Origin: the human T2T-CHM13v2.0 reference genome, Homo sapiens
Assembly: GCF_009914755.1 (NCBI RefSeq)
Contig: NC_060935.1
Length of the DNA: 64,000 nt
Strand: one strand, 5' to 3'
Within the stretch, counting starts at the first letter, position 1. Each line of letters begins with the position of its first letter. Of this stretch, positions 25,130 through 39,600 are shown piece after piece. The notes beneath the pieces are model-generated. The model ran no database searches, was not told where the DNA came from, and saw only the letters and a list, made by a program, of their open reading frames with translations. The position numbers and the translations under genes were made by a program.

Positions 25130-28100
25130 TTCTAGAATCTGCAAGTGGACATTTGGAGGGCTTTGAGGCCTGTGGTGGAAAAGGAAAATCTTCACATAAA
25201 AACTAGATGGAAGCATTCTCAGAAACTACTTTGTGATGATTGCATTCGACTCACAGAGTTGAACATTCCTATAGATAGAGCAGGTTGTAAACAATCTTTT
25301 TGTAGAATCTGCGATTGGAGATTTGGACTGCTTTGAGGCCTACTGTAGTAAAGGAAATAACTTCATCTAAAAACCAAACGGAAGCATTCACAGACAATTC
25401 TTAGTGATCATTGGATTGAACTAACAGAGCTGAACATTCCTTTAGATGGCGCAGTTTCCAAACAAACTTTCTGTAGAATCTTCCAGTGGATATTTGGACT
25501 TCTCTGAGGATTTCGTTGGAAACGGGATAAACTTCCCAGAACTACACGGAAGCATTGTGAGAAACTTCTTTGTGATGTTTGCATTCAACTCACAGAGTTG
25601 AACCTTGCTTTCATAGTTCAGCTTTCAAACACTCTTTTTGTAGAATCTGCAAGTGGATATTTGGACCACTTTGTGGCCTTCCTTCGAAACGGGTATATCT
25701 TCACATCAAACCTAGACGGAAGCATTCTCAGAATGTTTCCTGTGATGACTGCATTCAACTCACAGAGGTGAACAATCCTCTTGACGGAGCAGTTTTGAAA
25801 CTCTCTTTCTTTGGATTCTGCAAGTTGATATGTGGACCTCTGTGAAGATTTCGTTGGAAACGGGTTCATCTTCACAGAAAAACTAAACAGAAGCATTCTC
25901 AGAAACTGCTTTGTGATGTTTGTGTTCTACTTCAAGAATTGAACTTTCCTCTTGACAGAGCAGCTCTGAAACCCTCTTTTTCTAGAATCTGCAAGTGGAC
26001 ATTTAGAGGGCTTTGAGGTCTGTGGTGGAAAAGGAAAATCTTCACATAAAAACTAGATGGAAGCATTCTCAGAAACTACTTTGTGATGATTGCATTCGAC
26101 CCACAGATTTGAACATTCCTATAGATAGAGCAGGTTGTAAACAATCTTTTTGTAGAATCTGCGATTGGAGATTTGGACTGCTTTGAGCCCTACTGTAGTA
26201 AAGGAAATAACTTCATCTAAAAACCAAACGGAAGCATTCACAGACAATTCTTAGTGATCATTGGATTGAACTAACAGAGCTGAACATTCCCTTAGATGGC
26301 GCAGTTTCCAAACCCACTTTCTGTAGAATCTGCAAGTGGATATTTGGACCTCTCTGAGGATTTCGTTGGAAACGGGATAAACTTCCCAGAACTACACGGA
26401 AGCATTGTGAGAAACTTCTTTGTGATGTTTGCATTCAAGTCACAGAGTTGAACCTTGCTTTCATAGTTCAGCTTTCAAACACTCTTTTTGTAGAATCTGC
26501 AAGTGGATATTTGGACCACTTTGTGGCCTTCCTTCGAAACGGGTATATCTTCACATCAAACCTAGACAAAAGCATTCTCAGAATGTTTCCTGTGATGACT
26601 GCATTCAACTCACAGAGGTGAACAATCCTGTTGATGGAGCACTTTTGAAACTCTCTTTCTTTGGATTCTGCAAGTAGATATGTGGACCTCTGTGAAGATT
26701 TCGTTGGAAACGGGTTCATCTTCACAGAAAAACTAAACAGAAGCATTCTCAGAAACTACTTTGTGATGTTTGTGTTCCACTTCAGGAATTGAACTTTCCT
26801 CTTGACAGAGCAGCTCTGAAACCCTCTTTTTCTAGAATCTGCAAGTGGACATTTGGAGGGCTTTGAGGCCTGTGGTGGAAAAGGAAAATCTTCACATAAA
26901 AACTAGATGGAAGCATTCTCAGAAACTACTTTGTGATGATTGCATTCGACTCACAGAGTTGAACATTCCTATAGATAGAGCAGGTTGTAAACAATCTTTT
27001 TGTAGAATCTGCGATTGGAGATTTGGACTGCTTTGAGGCCTACTGTAGTAAAGGAAATAACTTCATCTAAAAACCAAACGGAAGCATTCACAGACAATTC
27101 TTAGTGATCATTGCATTGAACTAACAGAGCTGAACATTCCTTTAGATGGCGCAGTTTCCAAACACACTTTCTGTAGAATCTGCAAGTGGATATTTGGACC
27201 TCTCTGAGGATTTCGTTGGAAACGGGATAAACTTCCCAGAACTACACGGAAGCATTCTGAGAAACTTCTTTGTGATGTTTGTATTCAACTCACAGAGTTG
27301 AACCTTGCTTTCATAGTTCTGCTTTCAAACACTCTTTTTGTAGAATCTGCAAGTGGATATTTGGACCACTTTGTGGCCTTCCTTCGAAACGGGTATATCT
27401 TCACATCAAACCTAGACAGAAGCTTTCTCAGAATGTTTCCTGTGATGACTGCATTCAACTCACAGAGGTGAACAATCCTGCTGATGGAGCAGTTTTGAAA
27501 CTCTCTTTCTTTGGATTCTTCAAGTGGATATGTGGACCTCTGTGAAGATTTCGTTGGAAACGGGTTCATCTTCACAGAAAAACTAAACAGAAGCATTCTC
27601 AGAAACTGCTTTGTGATGTTTGTGTTCCACTTCAGGAATTGAACTTTCCTCTTGACAGAGCAGCTCTGAAACCCTCTTATTCTAGAATATGCAAGTGGAC
27701 ATTTGGAGGGCTTTGAGGCCTGTGGTGGAAAAGGAAAATCTTCACATAAAAACTAGATGGAAGCATTCTCAGAAAAAACATTGTGATGATTGCATTCGAC
27801 TCACAGAGTTGAACATTCCTATAGATAGAGCAGGTTGTAAACAATCTTTTTGTAGAATCTGCGATTGGAGATTTGGACTGCTTTGAGGCCTACTGTAGTA
27901 AAGGAAATAACTTCATCTAAAAACCAAACGGAAGCATTCACAGACAATTCTTAGTGATCATTGGATTGAACTAACAGAGCAGAACATTCCTTTAGATGGA
28001 GCAGTTTCCAAACCCACTTTCTGTAGAATCTGCAAGTGGATATTTGGACTTCTCTGAGGATTTCGTTGGAAACGGGATAAACTTCCCAGAACTACAGGGA

Positions 28101-31100
28101 AGCATTGTGAGAAACTTCTTTCTGATGTTTGCATTCAACTCACAGAGTTGAACCTTGCTTTCATAGTTCAGCTTTCAAACACTCTTTTTGTAGAATCTGC
28201 AAGTGGATATTTGGACCACTTTGTGGCCTTCCTTCGAAACGGGTATATCTTCACATCAAACCTAGACAGAAGCATTCTCAGAATGTTTCCTGTGATGACT
28301 GCATTCAACTCACAGAGGTGAACAATCCTGTTGATGGAGCACTTTTGAAACTCTCTTTCTTAGGATTCTGCAAGTGGATATGTGGACCTCTGTGAAGATT
28401 TCGTTGGAAACGGGTTCATCTTCACAGAAAAACTAAACAGAAGCATTCTCAGAAACTGCTTTGTGATGTTTGTGTTCCACTTCAGGAATTGAACTTTCCT
28501 CTTGACAGAGCAGCTCTGAAACCCTCTTATTCTAGAATCTGCAAGTGGACATTTGGAGGGCTTTGAGGCCTGTGGTGGAAAAGGAAAATCTTCACATAAA
28601 AACTAGATGGAAGCATTCTCAGAAACTACTTTGTGATGATTGCATTCGACTCACAGAGTTGAACATTCCTATAGATAGAGCAGGTTGTAAACAATCTTTT
28701 TCTAGAATCTGCGATTGGAGACTTGGACTGCTTTGAGGCCTACTGTAGTAAAGGAAATAACTTCATCTAAAAACCAAACGGAAGCATTCACAGACAATTC
28801 TCAGTGATGATTGGATTGAACTAACAGAGCTGAACATTCCTTTAGATGGCGCAGTTTCCAAACACACTTTCTGTAGAATCTGCAAGTGGATATTTGGACT
28901 TCTCTGAGGATTTCGTTGGAAACGGGATAAACTTCCCAGAACTACACGGAAGCATTCTGAGAAACTTCTTTGTGATGTTTGCATTCAACTCACAGAGTTG
29001 AACCTTGCTTTCATAGTTCAGCTTTCAAACACTCTTTTTGTAGAATCTGCAAGTGGATATTTGGACCACTTTGTGGCCTTCCTTCGAAACGGGTATATCT
29101 TCACATCAAACCTAGACAGAAGCATTCTCAGAATGTTTCCTGTGATGACTGCATTCAACTCACAGAGGTGAACAATCCTGCTGATGGAGCAGTTTTGAAA
29201 CTCTCTTTCTTTGGATTCTGCAAGTGGATATGTTGACCTCTGTGAAGATTTCGTTGGAAACGGGTTCATCTTCACAGAAAAACTAAACAGGAGCATTCTC
29301 AGAAACTGCTTTGTGATGTTTGTGTTCCACTTCAAGAATTGAACTTTCCTCTTGACAGAGCAGCTCTGAAACCCTCTTTTTCTAGAATCTGCAAGTGGAC
29401 ATTTGGAGGGCTTTGAGGCCTGTGGTGGAAAAGGAAAATCTTCACATAAAAACTAGATGGAAGCATTCTCAGAAACTACTTTGTGATGATTGCATTCGAC
29501 TCACAGAGTTGAACATTCCTATAGATAGAGCAGGTTGTAAACAATCTTTTTGTAGAATCTGCGATTGGAGATTTGGACTGCTTTGAGGCCTACTGTAGTA
29601 AAGGAAATAACTTCATCTAAAAACCAAACGGAAGCATTCACAGACAATTCTTAGTGATCATTGGATTGAACTAACAGAGCTGAACATTCCTTTAGATGGC
29701 GCAGTTTCCAAACAAACTTTCTGTAGAATCTTCCAGTGGATATTTGGACTTCTCTGAGGATTTCGTTGGAAACGGGATAAACTTCCCAGAACTACACGGA
29801 AGCATTGTGAGAAACTTCTTTGTGATGTTTGCATTCAACTCACAGAGTTGAACCTTGCTTTCATAGTTCAGCTTTCAAACACTCTTTTTGTAGAATCTGC
29901 AAGTGGATATTTGGACCACTTTGTGGCCTTCCTTCGAAACGGGTATATCTTCACATCAAACCTAGACGGAAGCATTCTCAGAATGTTTCCTGTGATGACT
30001 GCATTCAACTCACAGAGGTGAACAATCCTCTTGACGGAGCAGTTTTGAAACTCTCTTTCTTTGGATTCTGCAAGTTGATATGTGGACCTCTGTGAAGATT
30101 TCGTTGGAAACGGGTTCATCTTCACAGAAAAACTAAACAGAAGCATTCTCAGAAACTGCTTTGTGATGTTTGTGTTCTACTTCAAGAATTGAACTTTCCT
30201 CTTGACAGAGCAGCTCTGAAACCCTCTTTTTCTAGAATCTGCAAGTGGACATTTAGAGGGCTTTGAGGTCTGTGGTGGAAAAGGAAAATCTTCACATAAA
30301 AACTAGATGGAAGCATTCTCAGAAACTACTTTGTGATGATTGCATTCGACCCACAGATTTGAACATTCCTATAGATAGAGCAGGTTGTAAACAATCTTTT
30401 TGTAGAATCTGCGATTGGAGATTTGGACTGCTTTGAGCCCTACTGTAGTAAAGGAAATAACTTCATCTAAAAACCAAACGGAAGCATTCACAGACAATTC
30501 TTAGTGATCATTGGATTGAACTAACAGAGCTGAACATTCCCTTAGATGGCGCAGTTTCCAAACCCACTTTCTGTAGAATCTGCAAGTGGATATTTGGACC
30601 TCTCTGAGGATTTCGTTGGAAACGGGATAAACTTCCCAGAACTACACGGAAGCATTGTGAGAAACTTCTTTGTGATGTTTGCATTCAAGTCACAGAGTTG
30701 AACCTTGCTTTCATAGTTCAGCTTTCAAACACTCTTTTTGTAGAATCTGCAAGTGGATATTTGGACCACTTTGTGGCCTTCCTTCGAAACGGGTATATCT
30801 TCACATCAAACCTAGACAAAAGCATTCTCAGAATGTTTCCTGTGATGACTGCATTCAACTCACAGAGGTGAACAATCCTGTTGATGGAGCACTTTTGAAA
30901 CTCTCTTTCTTTGGATTCTGCAAGTAGATATGTGGACCTCTGTGAAGATTTCGTTGGAAACGGGTTCATCTTCACAGAAAAACTAAACAGAAGCATTCTC
31001 AGAAACTACTTTGTGATGTTTGTGTTCCACTTCAGGAATTGAACTTTCCTCTTGACAGAGCAGCTCTGAAACCCTCTTTTTCTAGAATCTGCAAGTGGAC

Positions 31101-33660
31101 ATTTGGAGGGCTTTGAGGCCTGTGGTGGAAAAGGAAAATCTTCACATAAAAACTAGATGGAAGCATTCTCAGAAACTACTTTGTGATGATTGCATTCGAC
31201 TCACAGAGTTGAACATTCCTATAGATAGAGCAGGTTGTAAACAATCTTTTTGTAGAATCTGCGATTGGAGATTTGGACTGCTTTGAGGCCTACTGTAGTA
31301 AAGGAAATAACTTCATCTAAAAACCAAACGGAAGCATTCACAGACAATTCTTAGTGATCATTGCATTGAACTAACAGAGCTGAACATTCCTTTAGATGGC
31401 GCAGTTTCCAAACACACTTTCTGTAGAATCTGCAAGTGGATATTTGGACCTCTCTGAGGATTTCGTTGGAAACGGGATAAACTTCCCAGAACTACACGGA
31501 AGCATTCTGAGAAACTTCTTTGTGATGTTTGTATTCAACTCACAGAGTTGAACCTTGCTTTCATAGTTCTGCTTTCAAACACTCTTTTTGTAGAATCTGC
31601 AAGTGGATATTTGGACCACTTTGTGGCCTTCCTTCGAAACGGGTATATCTTCACATCAAACCTAGACAGAAGCTTTCTCAGAATGTTTCCTGTGATGACT
31701 GCATTCAACTCACAGAGGTGAACAATCCTGCTGATGGAGCAGTTTTGAAACTCTCTTTCTTTGGATTCTTCAAGTGGATATGTGGACCTCTGTGAAGATT
31801 TCGTTGGAAACGGGTTCATCTTCACAGAAAAACTAAACAGAAGCATTCTCAGAAACTGCTTTGTGATGTTTGTGTTCCACTTCAGGAATTGAACTTTCCT
31901 CTTGACAGAGCAGCTCTGAAACCCTCTTATTCTAGAATATGCAAGTGGACATTTGGAGGGCTTTGAGGCCTGTGGTGGAAAAGGAAAATCTTCACATAAA
32001 AACTAGATGGAAGCATTCTCAGAAAAAACATTGTGATGATTGCATTCGACTCACAGAGTTGAACATTCCTATAGATAGAGCAGGTTGTAAACAATCTTTT
32101 TGTAGAATCTGCGATTGGAGATTTGGACTGCTTTGAGGCCTACTGTAGTAAAGGAAATAACTTCATCTAAAAACCAAACGGAAGCATTCACAGACAATTC
32201 TTAGTGATCATTGGATTGAACTAACAGAGCAGAACATTCCTTTAGATGGAGCAGTTTCCAAACCCACTTTCTGTAGAATCTGCAAGTGGATATTTGGACT
32301 TCTCTGAGGATTTCGTTGGAAACGGGATAAACTTCCCAGAACTACAGGGAAGCATTGTGAGAAACTTCTTTCTGATGTTTGCATTCAACTCACAGAGTTG
32401 AACCTTGCTTTCATAGTTCAGCTTTCAAACACTCTTTTTGTAGAATCTGCAAGTGGATATTTGGACCACTTTGTGGCCTTCCTTCGAAACGGGTATATCT
32501 TCACATCAAACCTAGACAGAAGCATTCTCAGAATGTTTCCTGTGATGACTGCATTCAACTCACAGAGGTGAACAATCCTGTTGATGGAGCACTTTTGAAA
32601 CTCTCTTTCTTAGGATTCTGCAAGTGGATATGTGGACCTCTGTGAAGATTTCGTTGGAAACGGGTTCATCTTCACAGAAAAACTAAACAGAAGCATTCTC
32701 AGAAACTGCTTTGTGATGTTTGTGTTCCACTTCAGGAATTGAACTTTCCTCTTGACAGAGCAGCTCTGAAACCCTCTTATTCTAGAATCTGCAAGTGGAC
32801 ATTTGGAGGGCTTTGAGGCCTGTGGTGGAAAAGGAAAATCTTCACATAAAAACTAGATGGAAGCATTCTCAGAAACTACTTTGTGATGATTGCATTCGAC
32901 TCACAGAGTTGAACATTCCTATAGATAGAGCAGGTTGTAAACAATCTTTTTCTAGAATCTGCGATTGGAGACTTGGACTGCTTTGAGGCCTACTGTAGTA
33001 AAGGAAATAACTTCATCTAAAAACCAAACGGAAGCATTCACAGACAATTCTCAGTGATGATTGGATTGAACTAACAGAGCTGAACATTCCTTTAGATGGC
33101 GCAGTTTCCAAACACACTTTCTGTAGAATCTGCAAGTGGATATTTGGACTTCTCTGAGGATTTCGTTGGAAACGGGATAAACTTCCCAGAACTACACGGA
33201 AGCATTCTGAGAAACTTCTTTGTGATGTTTGCATTCAACTCACAGAGTTGAACCTTGCTTTCATAGTTCAGCTTTCAAACACTCTTTTTGTAGAATCTGC
33301 AAGTGGATATTTGGACCACTTTGTGGCCTTCCTTCGAAACGGGTATATCTTCACATCAAACCTAGACAGAAGCATTCTCAGAATGTTTCCTGTGATGACT
33401 GCATTCAACTCACAGAGGTGAACAATCCTGCTGATGGAGCAGTTTTGAAACTCTCTTTCTTTGGATTCTGCAAGTGGATATGTTGACCTCTGTGAAGATT
33501 TCGTTGGAAACGGGTTCATCTTCACAGAAAAACTAAACAGGAGCATTCTCAGAAACTGCTTTGTGATGTTTGTGTTCCACTTCAAGAATTGAACTTTCCT
33601 CTTGACAGAGCAGCTCTGAAACCCTCTTTTTCTAGAATCTGCAAGTGGACATTTGGAGGG
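25130..33660 (+). repeat. Tandem duplication of a 5-HOR super-unit (4250 bp)
   Basis: Haplotypes at 25579, 26429, 27279, 28129 and 28979 recur at 29829, 30679, 31529, 32379 and 33229. No internal difference was noticed by eye. Confidence 0.92.
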
Positions 33661-36622
33661 ATTTGAGGCCTGTGGTGGAAAAGGAAAATCTTCACATAAA
33701 AACTAGATGGAAGCATTCTCAGAAACTACTTTGTGATGATTGCATTCGACTCACAGAGTTGAACATTCCTATAGATAGAGCAGGTTGTAAACAATCTTTT
33801 TGTAGAATCTGCGATTGGAGATTTGGACTGCTTTGAGGCCTACTGTAGTAAAGGAAATAACTTCATCTAAAAACCAAACGGAAGCATTCACAGACAATTC
33901 TTAGTGATCATTGGATTGAACTAACAGAGCTGAACATTCCCTTAGATGGCGCAGTTTCCAAACACACTTTCTGTAGAATCTGCAAGTGGATATTTGGACC
34001 TCTCTGAGGATTTCGTTGGAAACGGGATAAACTTCCCAGAACTACACGGAAGCATTGTGAGAAACTTCTTTGTGATGTTTGCATTCAACTCACAGAGTTG
34101 AACCTTGCTTTCATAGTTCAGCTTTCAAACACTCTTTTTGTAGAATCTGCAAGTGGATATTTGGACCACTTTGTGGCCTTCCTTCGAAACGGGTATATCT
34201 TCACATCAAACCTAGACAGAAGCATTCTCAGAATGTTTCCTGTGATGACTGCATTCAACTCACAGAGGTGAACAATCCTGTTGATGGAGCACTTTTGAAA
34301 CTCTCTTTCTTTGGATTCTGCAAGTTGATATGTGGACCTCTGTGAAGATTTCGTTGGAAACGGGTTCATCTTCACAGAAAAACTAAACAGAAGCATTCTC
34401 AGAAACTACTTTGTGATGTTTGTGTTCCACTTCAAGAATTGAACTTTCCTCTTGACAGAGCAGCTCTGAAACCCTCTTTTTCTAGAATCTGCAAGTGGAC
34501 ATTTGGAGGGCTTTGAGGCCTGTGGTGGAAAAGGAAAATCTTCACATAAAAACTAGATGGAAGCATTCTCAGAAACTACTTTGTGATGATTGCATTCGAC
34601 TCACAGAGTTGAACATTCCTATAGATAGAGCAGGTTGTAAACAATCTTTTTGTAGAATCTGCGATTGGAGATTTGGACTGCTTTGAGGCCTACTGTAGTA
34701 AAGGAAATAACTTCATCTAAAAACCAAACGGAAGCATTCACAGACAATTCTTAGTGATCATTGGATTGAACTAACACAGCTGAAAATTCCTTTAGATGGA
34801 GCAGTTTCCAAACACACTTTCTGTAGAATCTGCAAGTGGATATTTGGACCTCTCTGAGGATTTCGTTGGAAACGGGATAAACTTCCCAGAACTACACGGA
34901 AGCATTCTGAGAAACTTCTTTGTGATGTTTGCATTCAACTCACAGAGTTGAACCTTGCTTTCATAGTTCAGCTTTCAAACACTCTTTTTGTAGAATCTGC
35001 AAGTGGATATTTGGACCACTTTGTGGCCTTCCTTCGAAACGGGTATATCTTCACATCAAACCTAGACGGAAGCATTCTCAGAATGTTTCCTGTGATGACT
35101 GCATTCAACTCACAGAGGTGAACAATCCTCTTGACGGAGCAGTTTTGAAACTCTCTTTCTTTGGATTCTGCAAGTTGATATGTGGACCTCTGTGAAGATT
35201 TCGTTGGAAACGGGTTCATCTTCACAGAAAAACTAAACAGAAGCATTCTCAGAAACTGCTTTGTGATGTTTGTGTTCTACTTCAAGAATTGAACTTTCCT
35301 CTTGACAGAGCAGCTCTGAAACCCTCTTTTTCTAGAATCTGCAAGTGGACATTTAGAGGGCTTTGAGGTCTGTGGTGGAAAAGGAAAATCTTCACATAAA
35401 AACTAGATGGAAGCATTCTCAGAAACTACTTTGTGATGATTGCATTCGACCCACAGATTTGAACATTCCTATAGATAGAGCAGGTTGTAAACAATCTTTT
35501 TGTAGAATCTGCGATTGGAGATTTGGACTGCTTTGAGCCCTACTGTAGTAAAGGAAATAACTTCATCTAAAAACCAAACGGAAGCATTCACAGACAATTC
35601 TTAGTGATCATTGGATTGAACTAACAGAGCTGAACATTCCCTTAGATGGCGCAGTTTCCAAACCCACTTTCTGTAGAATCTGCAAGTGGATATTTGGACC
35701 TCTCTGAGGATTTCGTTGGAAACGGGATAAACTTCCCAGAACTACACGGAAGCATTGTGAGAAACTTCTTTGTGATGTTTGCATTCAAGTCACAGAGTTG
35801 AACCTTGCTTTCATAGTTCAGCTTTCAAACACTCTTTTTGTAGAATCTGCAAGTGGATATTTGGACCACTTTGTGGCCTTCCTTCGAAACGGGTATATCT
35901 TCACATCAAACCTAGACAAAAGCATTCTCAGAATGTTTCCTGTGATGACTGCATTCAACTCACAGAGGTGAACAATCCTGTTGATGGAGCACTTTTGAAA
36001 CTCTCTTTCTTTGGATTCTGCAAGTAGATATGTGGACCTCTGTGAAGATTTCGTTGGAAACGGGTTCATCTTCACAGAAAAACTAAACAGAAGCATTCTC
36101 AGAAACTACTTTGTGATGTTTGTGTTCCACTTCAGGAATTGAACTTTCCTCTTGACAGAGCAGCTCTGAAACCCTCTTTTTCTAGAATCTGCAAGTGGAC
36201 ATTTGGAGGGCTTTGAGGCCTGTGGTGGAAAAGGAAAATCTTCACATAAAAACTAGATGGAAGCATTCTCAGAAACTACTTTGTGATGATTGCATTCGAC
36301 TCACAGAGTTGAACATTCCTATAGATAGAGCAGGTTGTAAACAATCTTTTTGTAGAATCTGCGATTGGAGATTTCGACTGCTTTGAGGCCTACTGTAGTA
36401 AAGGAAATAACTTCATCTAAAAACCAAACGGAAGCATTCACAGACAATTCTTAGTGATCATTGCATTGAACTAACAGAGCTGAACATTCCTTTAGATGGC
36501 GCAGTTTCCAAACACACTTTCTGTAGAATCTGCAAGTGGATATTTGGACCTCTCTGAGGATTTCGTTGGAAACGGGATAAACTTCCCAGAACTACAGGGA
36601 AGCATTGTGAGAAACTTCTTTC

Positions 36623-39600
36623 TGATGTTTGCATTCAACTCACAGAGTTGAACCTTGCTTTCATAGTTCAGCTTTCAAACACTCTTTTTGTAGAATCTGC
36701 AAGTGGATATTTGGACCACTTTGTGGCCTTCCTTCGAAACGGGTATATCTTCACATCAAACCTAGACAGAAGCATTCTCAGAATGTTTCCTGTGATGACT
36801 GCATTCAACTCACAGAGGTGAACAATCCTGCTGATGGAGCAGTTTTGAAACTCTCTTTCTTTGGATTCTGCAAGTGGATATGTGGACCTCTGTGAAGAAT
36901 TCGTTGGAAACGGGTTCATCTTCACAGAAAAACTAAACAGAAGCATTCTCAGAAACTGCTTTGTGATGTTTGTGTTCCACCTCAGGAACTGAACTTTCCT
37001 CTTGACAGAGCAGCTCTGAAACCCTCTTATTCTAGAATCTGCAAGTGGACATTTGGAGGGCTTTGAGGCCTGTGGTGGAAAAGGAAAATCTTCACATAAA
37101 AATTAGATGGAAGCATTCTCAGAAACTACTTTGTGATGATTGCATTCGACTCACAGAGTTGAACATTCCTATAGATAGAGCAGGTTGTAAACAATCTTTT
37201 TGTAGAATCTGCGATTGGAGATTTGGACTGCTTTGAGGCCTAGTGTAGTAAAGGAAATAACTTCATCTAAAAACCAAACGGAAGCATTCACAGACAATTC
37301 TTAGTGATCATTGGATTGAACTAACAGAGCTGAACATTCCTTTAGATGGCGCAGTTTCCAAACACACTTTCTGTAGAATCTTCAAGTGGATATTTGCACT
37401 TCTCTGAGGATTTCGTTGGAAACGGGATAAACTTCCCAGAACTACACGGAAGCATTGTGAGAAACTTCTTTGTGATGTTTGCATTCAACTCACAGAGTTG
37501 AACCTTGCTTTCATACTTCAGCTTTCAAACACTCTTTTTGTAGAATCTGCAAGTGGATATTTGGACCACTTTGTGGCCTTCCTTCGAAACGGGTATATCT
37601 TCACATCAAACCTAGACAGAAGCATTCTCAGAATGTTTCCTGTGATGACTGCATTCAACTCACAGAAGTGAACAATCCTCTTGACGGAGCAGTTTTGAAA
37701 CTCTCTTTCTTTGGATTCTGCAAGTTGATATGTTGACCTCTGTGAAGATTTCGTTGGAAACGGGTTCATCTTCACAGAAAAACTAAACAGAAGCATTCTC
37801 AGAAACTGCTTTGTGATGTTTGTGTTCTACTTCAAGAATTGAACTTTCCTCTTGACAGAGCAGCTCTGAAACCCTCTTTTTCTAGAATCTGCAAGTGGAC
37901 ATTTGGAGGGCTTTGAGGTCTGTGGTGGAAAAGGAAAATCTTCACATAAAAACTAGATGGAAGCATTCTCAGAAACTACTTTGTGATGATTGCATTCGAC
38001 TCACAGAGTTGAACATTCCTATAGATAGAGCAGGTTGTAAACAATCTTTTTGTAGAATCTGCAATTGGAGATTTGGACTGCTTTGAGGCCTACTGTAGTA
38101 AAGGAAATAACTTCATCTAAAAACCAAACGGAAGCATTCACAGACAATTCTTAGTGATCATTGGATTGAACTAACAGAGCTGAACATTCCCTTAGATGGC
38201 GCAGTTTCCAAACACACTTTCTGTAGAATCTGCAAGTGGATATTTGGACCTCTCTGAGGATTTCGTTGGAAACGGGATAAACTTCCCAGAACTACACGGA
38301 AGCATTGTGAGAAACTTCTTTGTGATGTTTGCATTCAACTCACAGAGTTGAACCTTGCTTTCATAGTTCAGCTTTCAAACACTCTTTTTGTAGAATCTGC
38401 AAGTGGATATTTGGACCACTTTGTGGCCTTCCTTCGAAACGGGTATATCTTCACATCAAACCTAGACAGAAGCATTCTCAGAATGTTTCCTGTGATGACT
38501 GCATTCAACTCACAGAGGTGAACAATCCTGTTGATGGAGCACTTTTGAAACTCTCTTTCTTTGGATTCTGCAAGTTGATATGTGGACCTCTGTGAAGATT
38601 TCGTTGGAAACGGGTTCATCTTCACAGAAAAACTAAACAGAAGCATTCTCAGAAACTACTTTGTGATGTTTGTGTTCCACTTCAAGAATTGAACTTTCCT
38701 CTTGACAGAGCAGCTCTGAAACCCTCTTTTTCTAGAATCTGCAAGTGGACATTTGGAGGGCTTTGAGGCCTGTGGTGGAAAAGGAAAATCTTCACATAAA
38801 AACTAGATGGAAGCATTCTCAGAAACTACTTTGTGATGATTGCATTCGACTCACAGAGTTGAACATTCCTATAGATAGAGCAGGTTGTAAACAATCTTTT
38901 TGTAGAATCTGCGATTGGAGATTTGGACTGCTTTGAGGCCTACTGTAGTAAAGGAAATAACTTCATCTAAAAACCAAACGGAAGCATTCACAGACAATTC
39001 TTAGTGATCATTGCATTGAACTAACAGAGCTGAACATTCCTTTAGATGGCGCAGTTTCCAAACACACTTTCTGTAGAATCTGCAAGTGGATATTTAGACC
39101 TCTCTGAGGATTTCGTTGGAAACGGGATAAACTTCCCAGAACTACACGGAAGCATTCTGAGAAACTTCTTTGTGACGTTTGTATTCAACTCACAGAGTTG
39201 AACGTTGCTTTCATAGTTCAGCTTTCAAACACTCTTTTTGTAGAATCTGCAAGTGGATATTTGGACCACTTTGTGGCCTTCCTTTGAAACGGGTATATCT
39301 TCACATCAAACCTAGACAGAAGCATTCTCAGAATGTTTCCTGTGATGACTGCATTCAACTCACAGAGGTGAACAATCCTGCTGATGGAGCAGTTTTGAAA
39401 CTCTCTTTCTTTGGATTCTGCAAGTGGATATGTTGACCTCTGTGAAGATTTCGTTGGAAACGGGTTCATCTTCACAGAAAAACTAAAAAGGAGCATTCTC
39501 AGAAACTGCTTTGTGATGTTTGTGTTCCACTTCAAGAATTGAACTTTCCTCTTGACAGAGCAGCTCTGAAACCCTCTTTTTCTAGAATCTGCAAGTGGAC

